Positions 1-8,986 of a stretch of 64,000 bases of DNA are shown here, one piece after another. The notes beneath the pieces were generated by a model that searched no databases, was not told where the DNA came from, and saw only the letters and a program-made list of their open reading frames with translations. Made by a program: the position numbers and the translations under genes. The DNA comes from Candidatus Spongiisociaceae bacterium (GTDB lineage: Bacteria > Actinomycetota > Acidimicrobiia > Spongiisociales > Spongiisociaceae). The stretch is from positions 736,001 to 800,000 of the forward strand of contig OZ241841.1 in the NCBI GenBank assembly GCA_965202665.1. The letters run 5' to 3'. How positions within the stretch are numbered: position 1 is the first letter of the stretch; each line of letters opens with the position of its first letter.

Positions 1-1127
1 GTTTCCAAAGCGAACACCATCCCCTCCTTGATCTCGATCGGGTCGTCCAGCGAGTTGAGGCGGCTGATGATGGGGCGCTCGTGCAACCCCACCCCCACCC
101 CGTGCCCGAACTGCAGGCCGAAGGCGTCCATTTCATCTTCGAAGCCGAAGCTGGGCGCCTCCGGCCACACCCGGGCTATCTGATCGGTGGTCGTCCCCGG
201 CCGCACCAGGGCCAGGGCGGCGTCCATCCACTCCCGGGCTTGTTTGAAAGCGTCCCGATGGGCCTGCGAAGCCCGCCCCACCGCAAACGTCCGGTAATAG
301 CAGGTGCGGTAGCCGTTGTGGACGTGGATAATGTCGAAGTAGGCCTGGTCGCCGGGGCGGAGCAACCGGTCGGAGAAAACGTGCGGATGAGGGGAGCAAC
401 GCTCGCCGGCGATGGAGTTCACCGCCTCCACGAACTCGGAACCCATCTCAAACAGACGGGCGTGCGCCAAAGCCACGATGTCCGACTCCCGCCGCCCCGG
501 TTTCAGGGCTTCGAACACGTCCTGGTAGACCCCGTCCACCATGGCGCAGGCCTGGGTGAGCAGCATTATCTCGTCCCGGTTTTTGATTTCCCGGGCCCGC
601 ATCATCGGTTGCTGGGCGTCCCGCACCTGCAGCCCCTCCTCCTGCAACTGCTGCAGGAAAACCGTTTCCGCCACGTCCACCCCCAGCGGCGCATCGCCCG
701 CCCCCTCTTCGGCCAGCACCGCCCGCAACTCCGCAACCGCCCGCCGGGGCAGCCCCCCGGCCGGGTCGATGGCCCCCTGCAATCCCAGATTGCCCGCCCG
801 CGAATTGCCCGCGTGGTAGAGGGAGGGAAGTTGCAGCCGATGGGCTTTGGCCGCCGACCCGAAATCCCAGATGTAAGGGCCGCCGGAGCGGGTAACCAGC
901 GCGTAACGCTCCGTCTTGTTGAACCCCCAATATCCGATGTTGGTGGAAGTCGCGTAACGGATGTTGGAGGTTTCAAACAGGAGAACCGCCCCCAGCCCCC
1001 ACAGGTTCAGTTGCTCCCGGACCCGGCCCAAGCGGTAGTCGCGCAACCGGTTGAAGTCGACCCGCTCCTCCCAATCCACGGCCATCAGCCCCGGGGCCGG
1101 AGTGGTGGCTACCGGAAAATCGCCCAC
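1..1127 (-). CDS. M24 (Xaa-Pro peptidase/creatinase-like) family metallohydrolase, 3' end outside window
   Basis: Hand translation of the minus strand (absent from the ORF track): GTG at 1127 after a GAGGAGG RBS, MGDFPVATTPAPGLMAVDWEERVDFNRLRDYRLGR...FETSNIRYAT...FGHGVGVGLHERPII...EGMVFALE, the typical M24 HGxGxxxHE and GMVFALE motifs. Confidence 0.85.
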   Translation of the reverse strand, partial: MGDFPVATTPAPGLMAVDWEERVDFNRLRDYRLGRVREQLNLWGLGAVLLFETSNIRYATSTNIGYWGFNKTERYALVTRSGGPYIWDFGSAAKAHRLQLPSLYHAGNSRAGNLGLQGAIDPAGGLPRRAVAELRAVLAEEGAGDAPLGVDVAETVFLQQLQEEGLQVRDAQQPMMRAREIKNRDEIMLLTQACAMVDGVYQDVFEALKPGRRESDIVALAHARLFEMGSEFVEAVNSIAGERCSPHPHVFSDRLLRPGDQAYFDIIHVHNGYRTCYYRTFAVGRASQAHRDAFKQAREWMDAALALVRPGTTTDQIARVWPEAPSFGFEDEMDAFGLQFGHGVGVGLHERPIISRLNSLDDPIEIKEGMVFALE

Positions 1128-1185
1128 GATTCCCTCCTCTTTGTCAACGCATCTCCGCTCGGTCGCCCGGCGGTTCCATGCTAGA

Positions 1186-1202
1186 TTACAAACGATTGCG
1201 AA
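1186..1202. promoter_or_regulatory. LacI-type operator 1 (TTACAAACGATTGCGAA) between divergent genes
   Basis: Imperfect palindrome with central CG; core CAAACGATTG recurs five times in the cluster. Confidence 0.75.
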
Positions 1203-1250
1203 AAGGGGAAAGCCGGAAAGCATCCGGCCCCCGTCAGGAGGACCAAGCCC

Positions 1251-1814
1251 ATGCCCCGCATCTCCTACCCCGACTTGGACCGGATCGACGACCCGGAGGT
1301 GCGCGCCATCCTGGACCGGGCGCGACGGGTGGGGGTTCCCCGCCCGGAAAGCCAAGCCATACGGGCCCATGTTCCGGAGTTGCTCAAAACCTTCACCGCC
1401 GCCTGGATGACCTCCTTCGCAAACGGGACGCTGGACCACGACATCAAAGAGTTGTGCCGGGTGTACGTTTCCAAGACCGTGGACTGCGGATACTGCGCCG
1501 GGCAACGTTCCATGGCCGCCGGGGCCGACGAATCCCACTACGAGGAACTGTTGAGCTACGCCCAATCCGACCGCTACACGGACCGGGAGAAAACGGCTTT
1601 GGCCTACGCCGACGCCGTGGTGTGGGACGCCAACCTGGCCGACGACCAACTGTGGGACTCCCTGCATCGCCATTTCACCGAGCCGGAAATCGTGGAACTG
1701 GGTTTTTTCGTGGCCTTCACCAGCGGGCAGCAGCGTTGGATCAAAACCCTGCAACTCGGCCATCGGGAAATCCTGGCCGACACCGAGGCCGGACTGGTCG
1801 GAGCTTCGCTATGA
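1251..1814 (+). CDS. Carboxymuconolactone decarboxylase / AhpD-like protein
   Basis: KELCRVYVSKTVDCGYC (CxxC) and FTEPEIVEL motifs; AGGAGG RBS. Confidence 0.8.
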   Translation: MPRISYPDLDRIDDPEVRAILDRARRVGVPRPESQAIRAHVPELLKTFTAAWMTSFANGTLDHDIKELCRVYVSKTVDCGYCAGQRSMAAGADESHYEELLSYAQSDRYTDREKTALAYADAVVWDANLADDQLWDSLHRHFTEPEIVELGFFVAFTSGQQRWIKTLQLGHREILADTEAGLVGASL

Positions 1815-2299
1815 GCCCGCAAGTCATGGAAAACCGCGACCTCGCCCAACCGATCGTCCGCCGCAAACAGCTCACCGCCCATACCGACGCCTCCATGATG
1901 ACCCGCATGGACTTCGGCGAGTACGGCGAATTCGCCACCGACGAACCGGTGGCGCACGGGGGAAGCGGGGAAGGCCCCTCCCCCCTGCAAACCGTGCTGG
2001 GGGCGTTGTGCGGATGCGAGGCGGTCACCTTCCGGCGCACCGCCGACGACATGGGCTTCGACTATTCCTCCATCAGTTTCGAAGCCGAGTTCACCATCGA
2101 CATCCGGGGGCGGATGGGGGCGGCGGAGGTGCGCCCGCATTTCCAAACCATCCGCGTACAGGCGGTGGTGGACACCCCCGAAACCGCCGAGCGGCTGGCC
2201 GAAGTGGCGGAGGAAACGGAACGGCGCTGCCCGGTGTTCAACCTGGTAACCGACGCCGGGGTCCGAACCGAAATGGTTTGGTTGCGCCGGGAACCCTGA
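1811..2299 (+). CDS. OsmC family protein
   Basis: TDEPVAHGGSGEGPSPLQTVLGALCGC and ERRCPV motifs; ATG at 1811 overlaps the upstream stop. Confidence 0.85.
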   Translation: MSPQVMENRDLAQPIVRRKQLTAHTDASMMTRMDFGEYGEFATDEPVAHGGSGEGPSPLQTVLGALCGCEAVTFRRTADDMGFDYSSISFEAEFTIDIRGRMGAAEVRPHFQTIRVQAVVDTPETAERLAEVAEETERRCPVFNLVTDAGVRTEMVWLRREP

Positions 2300-2314
2300 A
2301 ACCCGCCCGGCGGC

Positions 2315-3775
2315 TCACCAGTCGACGGCTATGTATTTGATCTCTTGAAACTCTTTCATGCCCTCGTGCCCGCCTTCCCGACCGATTCCGCTCTGCTTCA
2401 CCCCGCCGAAGGGGGCGGCCGGGTCGGAAATCAAACCCCGGTTGATCCCCACCATCCCCGACTCCAAAGCTTCGGCTACCCGCAGGGCGCGGGCCAGATC
2501 CGAACTGTACAGGTAGGCGGCCAGCCCGTGCACGGTGTCATTGGCCAGGGCGATGGCCTGCTCTTCGCTCTCAAAAGCGACGATGGGGGCCACCGGACCG
2601 AAAATCTCGTTGTCCAAAACCGGTGAGTCGGCGGGGGTTCGGTCCAACACGGTGGGCTCGAAGAAAAACCCTTCCCGGTCCGGGGCGGCCCCGCCGGTGA
2701 GCAACCGGGAACCCGAATCACGGGCGGCCCGCACCGCCTCTTCCATGTCCCGTTGCGCCCGCAGGTTGATGAGCGGCCCCAGCTCCGCCCCTTCCTCCAT
2801 TCCCGGACCGACCCGCACCCCGCTCATGGCGGCGCTGAAAGAACGGGCGAACTCATCCGCTAGCGACTGATGGACGTAGAACCGGTTGGCGGCGATGCAC
2901 GACTGGCCCCCGTTGCGCATTTTGGCGACCATCGCCCCCGCCACCGCCGCTTCCACGTCGGCGTCCTCCAGCACCAGAAAAGGCGAGTTGCCGCCCAACT
3001 CCATCGACGCCGAAACGATGTTTTCGGCCGCCTGCGCCAGCAGTATCCGCCCCACTTCGGTGGAGCCGGTGAAAGACACTTTGCGCACCCGCCGGTCGCG
3101 CAGGATGGCGGGGACCGCCTCCGCCGAACGGTTGCAGGGGAGGACGTTCACCACCCCCGGCGGAACCCCCGCCTCCTCCATCAACCCGGCCACCGCCAAG
3201 GCGGTAAGGGGGGTGTCGGAGGCCGGTTTCAGGATGACCGGGCATCCGGCGGCCAGGGCCGGGGCTATTTTGCGGGTGGCCATGGCGGCCGGGAAGTTCC
3301 ACGGGGTGATGAGCAGGCACACCCCGATCGGCTGTCCGATGGCCATAATCCGCTTGTCGCCGCCCGGGGCGGCGGCGATGGACCCGTCCGCCCGCACCGC
3401 TTCTTCAGCAAACCACCGGAAAAACTCGGCCGCGTAGGCGACTTCCCCTTTGGACTCGGCGAAGGTTTTCCCCATTTCCAGCACGATGAGGGCGGCCAGC
3501 TGGTCGGCCCGTTCCGTCATCAGTTCAAAGGAACGGCGCAGAATTTCAGCCCGGCGGCGGGGGGCGGCCTCCGCCCAGGCGGGCAGGGCCTCCCAGGCGG
3601 CGTCCACCGCCTGCCGGGCGTCGGCCAAAGCCCCGTTGGGCACTTCGGCCACCGGGCGGGCGGTGGCCGGGTCCAGCACTTCCATCACCGACCCGTCGGA
3701 GGCGGCCAGCCACTCGCCCCCGATCAACATCCGGTCCCGGCCCGCCTCCGTCAGTTGCGCCAGGGCGGCGGTCAT
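2315..3775 (-). CDS. NAD-dependent aldehyde dehydrogenase (succinate-semialdehyde dehydrogenase-like)
   Basis: ITPWNFP, SFTGSTEVG, MELGGNSP, GQSC, EIFGP and PFGGVKQSGIGREG motifs. Confidence 0.9.
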   Translation of the reverse strand: MTAALAQLTEAGRDRMLIGGEWLAASDGSVMEVLDPATARPVAEVPNGALADARQAVDAAWEALPAWAEAAPRRRAEILRRSFELMTERADQLAALIVLEMGKTFAESKGEVAYAAEFFRWFAEEAVRADGSIAAAPGGDKRIMAIGQPIGVCLLITPWNFPAAMATRKIAPALAAGCPVILKPASDTPLTALAVAGLMEEAGVPPGVVNVLPCNRSAEAVPAILRDRRVRKVSFTGSTEVGRILLAQAAENIVSASMELGGNSPFLVLEDADVEAAVAGAMVAKMRNGGQSCIAANRFYVHQSLADEFARSFSAAMSGVRVGPGMEEGAELGPLINLRAQRDMEEAVRAARDSGSRLLTGGAAPDREGFFFEPTVLDRTPADSPVLDNEIFGPVAPIVAFESEEQAIALANDTVHGLAAYLYSSDLARALRVAEALESGMVGINRGLISDPAAPFGGVKQSGIGREGGHEGMKEFQEIKYIAVDW

Positions 3776-3776
3776 T

Positions 3777-4712
3777 TCAACCCAGCCCGTCCGAAACGGG
3801 GCGGTCCTCCGACTGCAGAGCGCGTCCCGACCCTTCCGCCAAACGGCTCAACATGGCCGCAAAGTCCCGTTCGCCGAAGCCGCGCCCGATCCCGTCCATC
3901 ACTATCTGATGCACCAGGGAGGATACGGGCAACGGCACGTTCATTTCCCGGCCGGCCGCCAAACCCAGCTCAAAGTCTTTGCGCAGCAGATGCCAGGTGA
4001 AAGTGGGGGCGTAGTCCAGGTTGACGAAGGCGGGGGTCTTGTAGCGGGTGAAAGGGGAGCCCATCACGCTGTCGTTCAGGAACTCCAGGAAGTCGGCCCG
4101 GGACACCCCGGCCGCTTCGGCCAACATGGTGATTTCGGCCATGGACTGGGATACCACCCCCAGCATCAGGTTGTGGCATATCTTGACCAGCCGGGCCGAA
4201 TCCCCTTCCCCCACGTAGGTGACTTTGCGCCCCAGGCTCTCCAAATAGGGGCGGGCGGTTTGGTAGGCCCGCCGGGAACCGGACACCACCGAGGTCATCC
4301 CCCCCGACTCCACCACTTTCGGGTTGCCCGACACCGGAGCGGCCAGCGTGTCGGTTCCCAGCTCGCCCGCCCGTTCCCGCAACTCCCGGGAGGTGGCGGG
4401 GTCGATGGTGGTGGAATCCACCAAAACGGAGGGCCGTTCGGAGCCGGCGGTCAGCACCCCCTCCTCCCCCAAGGCGACCTGCAACACGTCGGCGGGCCCG
4501 GCTACCATCGTGAACACGATGTCCCTCCCGGCCAACTCGGCTGGGGAGTCGACGATTACCGCCCCTTTGTCCGCCAGCGGCTCCGCCTTGGAACGGGTGC
4601 GGTTGTAAACCCACAGATCGGCCCCCGCGTCCAACAACCGGCCGGCCAAAGCGAACCCCATCCGTCCGGCCCCTATCCAACCGATACGATGCTTGAATCC
4701 GTTTTCGGTCAT
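3777..4712 (-). CDS. 3-hydroxyisobutyrate/2-hydroxy-3-oxopropionate dehydrogenase family oxidoreductase
   Basis: IGWIGAGRMG Rossmann motif, APVSG, KICHN; ATG at 4712 after a GGAGA RBS. Confidence 0.85.
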   Translation of the reverse strand: MTENGFKHRIGWIGAGRMGFALAGRLLDAGADLWVYNRTRSKAEPLADKGAVIVDSPAELAGRDIVFTMVAGPADVLQVALGEEGVLTAGSERPSVLVDSTTIDPATSRELRERAGELGTDTLAAPVSGNPKVVESGGMTSVVSGSRRAYQTARPYLESLGRKVTYVGEGDSARLVKICHNLMLGVVSQSMAEITMLAEAAGVSRADFLEFLNDSVMGSPFTRYKTPAFVNLDYAPTFTWHLLRKDFELGLAAGREMNVPLPVSSLVHQIVMDGIGRGFGERDFAAMLSRLAEGSGRALQSEDRPVSDGLG

Positions 4713-4723
4713 TGTCTCTCCTT

Positions 4724-4739
4724 TTCGCAATCGTTTGCC
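4724..4739. promoter_or_regulatory. LacI-type operator 2 (TTCGCAATCGTTTGCC)
   Basis: Same core as the other operators, immediately upstream of the dehydrogenase start. Confidence 0.75.
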
Positions 4740-4770
4740 GTACGGGTCGCAGGCCCGCCGGTTGGGCTAG

Positions 4771-5787
4771 TCATGCTTGACGGACCGGCGACGGGCCGCC
4801 CAATCCTAGGAGCCGGGCGGCGTTCCCCCCCAGGATCGCCCTGCGATCCTCCTCCCCCAGTCTAGCCGCCGCCCGCACCGCCCCCGCCGGATCGGGTTCC
4901 CCCATTGCGAACGGATAGTCGGTTCCCAGCAGAACCCGGTCCGAACCCAGGGTTTCCGCCAGAAACGACAGCGCCGCCGGATGGTGGACGACCGCATCCG
5001 CGTACATGCGGCGCAGGTAATGGCCGGGGGGTTGGGAAATCCGGGCGGCGGCCGAATCGGGGCGGACCGCGCAAGCCCGGTTCAGGCGCCCGATCTGATA
5101 GGGGAGAAACCCCCCGCCGTGCGCCAGGATAAACGAGATTCCCGGATGACGTTCCACCGCCCCCGACATTATGAGGAAGGCGGCGGCGATGGTGGTTTCG
5201 GCGGGGCGTCCCACTGCGTTCTCCAGAAAAAACCCTTCCATGTCCACCCCGGCCAACGGACGCAACGGGTGCAGGAATATCACCGCCCCCAGTTCCCCGG
5301 CGACCGACCAGAAAGGTTCCAGGCCGGCCCGATCCAGCCGCCGCCCGGCTACGGAGGTGGCGATCTGCGCCCCTTTCATCCCCAGTTCCCCCATCGCCTC
5401 CCGCAACATTTCGGCGGCCAACCGGGGGGCCTGCAGGGGCACGGTGGCCAGGGCGCTCAGCCGGTCGGGGCGCCGGGCGGCTTCCTCCGCCAGACACCGG
5501 TTGTGGGCCCGGGAGTATTCCGCCCCCGCCTCCGGTTCCAGTTCGTAGGCGGTCAGGTCTATCCACCCGGACATCACTTGATGATCGATCCCCATCCGGT
5601 CCATGGCCCGCAAACGGGCCGGCAGGTCCGACAATTCCGCAACGGGCGGCCCGGCGGACAATCCCCCGGGCAGAAGCAGGCGGCCGTCTCCCTGAAAGCC
5701 GACTCCCGCCCCGGGCCCGTTTTTCCGCAACCATTCCAGAAAAGAGGGGGGGACGCAGTGGGCGTGGACATCTACTTTCACGCCCAC
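4771..5787 (-). CDS. Amidohydrolase_2 family protein (ACMSD-like decarboxylase/hydrolase)
   Basis: DVHAH, FLHP, AHGGG and LLGTDYPF motifs. Confidence 0.85.
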   Translation of the reverse strand: MGVKVDVHAHCVPPSFLEWLRKNGPGAGVGFQGDGRLLLPGGLSAGPPVAELSDLPARLRAMDRMGIDHQVMSGWIDLTAYELEPEAGAEYSRAHNRCLAEEAARRPDRLSALATVPLQAPRLAAEMLREAMGELGMKGAQIATSVAGRRLDRAGLEPFWSVAGELGAVIFLHPLRPLAGVDMEGFFLENAVGRPAETTIAAAFLIMSGAVERHPGISFILAHGGGFLPYQIGRLNRACAVRPDSAAARISQPPGHYLRRMYADAVVHHPAALSFLAETLGSDRVLLGTDYPFAMGEPDPAGAVRAAARLGEEDRRAILGGNAARLLGLGGPSPVRQA

Positions 5788-5810
5788 ATCTTAATGGAAA
5801 GCCCTCCCCT

Positions 5811-5830
5811 TTCCGCAATCGTTTGCGGAA
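5811..5830. promoter_or_regulatory. LacI-type operator 3 (TTCCGCAATCGTTTGCGGAA, near-perfect palindrome)
   Basis: 20-bp inverted repeat between the divergent amidohydrolase and Mo-hydroxylase genes. Confidence 0.8.
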
Positions 5831-5852
5831 TGGTGTGATATGTTGGCCTATC

Positions 5853-8111
5853 GTGTCCGTTCCCATCAAAGACAACCGCCGACCCGGCGATCGCCGGCTG
5901 GTGACCGGCGCCGGGCGGTACGTATCGGATTTGGCCGATGGCGAAACCCTGCATGCCTGGTTCGCCCGCAGCCCCCTCCCCCACGCCCTGCTCGACGCGG
6001 TGGAAACGGCCCCTGCATCCGCCGTCCCCGGCGCGGTGGCCGTCTTCACCGCCTCCGACCTGGAGCTGGACGATATCCCCGGCAACACCGGAAGCGGGCC
6101 GGAAGCCCCGGCCATGACCCGCCCGCCTTTGGTGCGGGAGCGGGCCCGGTTCGTGGGCGACCCGATAGCGGTGGCCGTCGCCCGCACCGCGCCCGCCGCG
6201 GAAGACGCGGCCGGGTTGGTGTGGCCCGATTTGCGGGAACTCCCCCCGGTCTTGGATCCGCGCCGGGCGGAAGACGGACCGCCCCTGTTCGCCGGGGGCA
6301 ACGTGGTCATGGAGGAACGTCTGGCGGCGGGAGAAGACCCCGGCCCGGGCCGGTTTTCGGCCGCGGTGGAAATCGGCGGGCAGCGGCTGGCCCCCTCCCC
6401 TTTGGAACCGGTTTCCATCCTGGTCCGTCCCGTGGGGGACGGCCTGCGCGTCTGGTGCGGCCACCAGGCCCCGCACCGGTTGCGGGGGCAACTGGCCGTC
6501 GGCCTGGGCATGGAATCCGGCCTTATCCGGGTAACCGTCCCCGCGGTGGGCGGGGCCTTCGGCATGAAAGGAATGTTGTTCCCCGAATACCTGGTGGTGG
6601 CGGCCGCCGCCCGGCGCCTGGGGCGACCCGTTTTGTGGGCCGCCTCCCGCCGCGAACAGTTCATCATCGGAACCCACGGCCGCGCCCAGCGTTACCGGGC
6701 CGTCCTGGAGGGGGACGCCGACGGCCGACTGCGCCGGTTGCGGTTGAAGGTCCTGGCCGAAGTGGGGGCCTACCCCCACAACGGATCGCAGATCCCGCTT
6801 TTCTCCCGTCTGGTGGCCACCGGCCTCTACGACATCCCGCGCTTGGAAGTGGAAACCAAGGCGGTGGTCACCAACACCGCCCCCACCGGCTCCTACCGGG
6901 GGGCGGGCCGGCCGGAAGCGGCCCTGGCCCTGGAACGGGTCATGGACGTTTTCGCCCGCCGCCTCGGCCTGGATCCGATGGAGGTGCGGCTGCGCAACAT
7001 GATCCCCCCCCAAAAGTTGCCCCGGCGCACCCCCGCCGGGGCCCGCTACGACTCCGGCGACTACCCGCAAGCCCTGCGCCGGGTTGCGAAGGCCCTGGAC
7101 CTGCCCGCTTTGCGGGAGGAGAAAAGGCGGCGGCGGGAGGAGGGCCGTCCGTTGCTGGGCGCGGGGGCGGCGGCTTTTGTGGAACGGGCGGGGGGAGCCC
7201 CCCAGTCCGACGAGTACGCCCGGGTGGAAGCGGACCCGCGCCGGCGGGAGATAACGGTGCGCACCGGTTCGGTCGACTCCGGCCAGGGGCACGCCCGGGT
7301 GTGGCGGGATCTGGCGGCCGGCGTTTTCCAGACCGGGCAGGTGCGGGTCATCGCCGGGGACACGGCCCTGGTGGCGGAGGGAACCGGCTCTTTCGCCTCC
7401 CGCTCCGCCCAGTTGGGGGCCAGCGCGGTGGTGCGGGCCGCCCGCCGGTTGCTGGAGCGGGCCCGCCTGCGGGCGGCCGGGATGCTGGAAGCGGACCCCG
7501 CCGACCTCCGCTACCACGAGGGAATATTCCGGGTGGCGGGCGACCCGGCCAGCGGCGTTTCGCTGTGGGAGACGGCCTCCCCCGAACCGCTGGCGGAGGA
7601 AGACCGGTTCTCCGCGGGGGCGCAAACCTTCCCCTACGGCGTACACGCCGCGGTGGTGGAAGCGGATCCGGCCACCGGCGAAGTCCGGCTGTTGCGGGTT
7701 ATCGCCTTGGACGACTGCGGAACGGTGCTGGATCCCATGATCGTGGAAGGCCAGATGCACGGCTCCTTGGCGCAGGGCATGGGAGAGGCGTTGCTGGAGG
7801 CTTTCCGCTACGACGCGGACGGGCAGCCGATTACCTCCACGTTTATGGACTATCCCCTCCCCACCGCGGCGGAAGCGTACTCCCTGACCGCCCTGCGCCT
7901 GACCTCCCCCGCCCCTTCCAATCCGCTGGGGGTGAAAGGAGCGGGGGAAGCGGGATGCATCGGGCTCCCCCCCGCCGTTCTCAACGCCACGGCGGACGCC
8001 TTGTGGCCGCTGGGGGTTCGCGACCTGGATCTGCCGCTGACCCCCTACCGGGTGTGGCGGGCCGTCCGGGAGGCCTCCCGGACGGCAAACGATTGTAAAA
8101 TGGGAAAATGA
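5853..8111 (+). CDS. Xanthine dehydrogenase family molybdopterin-binding large subunit (CoxL-like)
   Basis: VGGAFGMK, SYRGAGRPE, GQGH, EGQMHG and KGAGEAG motifs; start uncertain (5823-5853). Confidence 0.85.
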   Translation: MSVPIKDNRRPGDRRLVTGAGRYVSDLADGETLHAWFARSPLPHALLDAVETAPASAVPGAVAVFTASDLELDDIPGNTGSGPEAPAMTRPPLVRERARFVGDPIAVAVARTAPAAEDAAGLVWPDLRELPPVLDPRRAEDGPPLFAGGNVVMEERLAAGEDPGPGRFSAAVEIGGQRLAPSPLEPVSILVRPVGDGLRVWCGHQAPHRLRGQLAVGLGMESGLIRVTVPAVGGAFGMKGMLFPEYLVVAAAARRLGRPVLWAASRREQFIIGTHGRAQRYRAVLEGDADGRLRRLRLKVLAEVGAYPHNGSQIPLFSRLVATGLYDIPRLEVETKAVVTNTAPTGSYRGAGRPEAALALERVMDVFARRLGLDPMEVRLRNMIPPQKLPRRTPAGARYDSGDYPQALRRVAKALDLPALREEKRRRREEGRPLLGAGAAAFVERAGGAPQSDEYARVEADPRRREITVRTGSVDSGQGHARVWRDLAAGVFQTGQVRVIAGDTALVAEGTGSFASRSAQLGASAVVRAARRLLERARLRAAGMLEADPADLRYHEGIFRVAGDPASGVSLWETASPEPLAEEDRFSAGAQTFPYGVHAAVVEADPATGEVRLLRVIALDDCGTVLDPMIVEGQMHGSLAQGMGEALLEAFRYDADGQPITSTFMDYPLPTAAEAYSLTALRLTSPAPSNPLGVKGAGEAGCIGLPPAVLNATADALWPLGVRDLDLPLTPYRVWRAVREASRTANDCKMGK
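8084..8098. promoter_or_regulatory. LacI-type operator 4 (GGCAAACGATTGTAA) within the 3' end of the CoxL-like gene
   Basis: Same core, about 10 bp upstream of the DMT gene start. Confidence 0.65.
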
Positions 8112-8986
8112 CCGGGGTCATTTACGCTTCCCTGGCCGGAGTCGGGTTCGGAATCTTCCAAGCGGTGAACCGGCGGGCCAACCAGCAACTGGACGTCTAC
8201 CGGGTTGTTTTCATCGTGCAGGCGGTAGCGGCGGGCGCCCTGCTCGTCTGGGTGACCGCCACCCAGGACCTGGGCCTGCTGGCCTCCGCCCCCGCCGCCT
8301 CTTTCTTCTATTACGCCGGGGCGGGCCTGGTGCACTTTTTCGTCGGCTGGACTTTCCTGTCCATCAGCCAGCAGAAAGTGGGGGCGGCCGTCACCGGGGC
8401 GGTGGCCGGTTCCGCCCCTTTGCTGGGGGCGATTCTGGCCGCCCTGGCCTTGGGGGAACCGCTCACCCCGGCCATGCTGGGCGGGCTGGTCTTGGTAGTA
8501 GCCGGCTTGGCGGCGCTGTCCCTGCGGGGCGGAGGCCGGCCGTCGTTGCGAACGGTGCCCTGGTTCGCGGTGGGAACCGCCCTCACCTGGGCCTCCAGCC
8601 CCCTTTTCATACGCTGGGGCCTGACGGGCCTGGACTCCCCGTTGCTGGGGGTAACCATCGGCATTTTCTCCTCCACCGCCGCCTACGGCCTGATGCTGTT
8701 GGCCACCCGCGCCCGGCGGGCGGGCGGGCCCATCCCGGCCGCCGCCTGGCGGTGGGCGCTGACCGGCGGGGCGTTGGTCTCCTTCTGCATCGCCGTGCAG
8801 TGGCTGGCCTTCGACCTGATCGCGGTGGCGGTGGGAGTCACCTTGAACCAGCTGGCCGTTCCCACCGTCATCATCGCCGCCCCCCTGTTGGTGGGAACCG
8901 CCCGCGAACAACCCTCGGCGCCTTTGATTGCCGGGGCGGCGGCCGTGCTGGCCGGCTCCGTGCTGGTGGTGCTGTACGGCGTATGA
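8108..8986 (+). CDS. DMT/EamA family transporter
   Basis: About 10 hydrophobic segments in two repeats; ALGEPL motif. Confidence 0.8.
   Translation: MTGVIYASLAGVGFGIFQAVNRRANQQLDVYRVVFIVQAVAAGALLVWVTATQDLGLLASAPAASFFYYAGAGLVHFFVGWTFLSISQQKVGAAVTGAVAGSAPLLGAILAALALGEPLTPAMLGGLVLVVAGLAALSLRGGGRPSLRTVPWFAVGTALTWASSPLFIRWGLTGLDSPLLGVTIGIFSSTAAYGLMLLATRARRAGGPIPAAAWRWALTGGALVSFCIAVQWLAFDLIAVAVGVTLNQLAVPTVIIAAPLLVGTAREQPSAPLIAGAAAVLAGSVLVVLYGV

Noticed and set aside
81-1184. Long ORF-track frames antisense to or overlapping real genes (e.g. 81-1184, 5778-7760, 25162-27087, 41052-42662)
   Set aside because: Shadow ORFs expected in high-GC DNA, with no motifs and overlapping well-supported genes
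5853-8111. True (form I) CO dehydrogenase
   Set aside because: Lacks the AYxCSFR motif and the coxS/coxM and accessory genes
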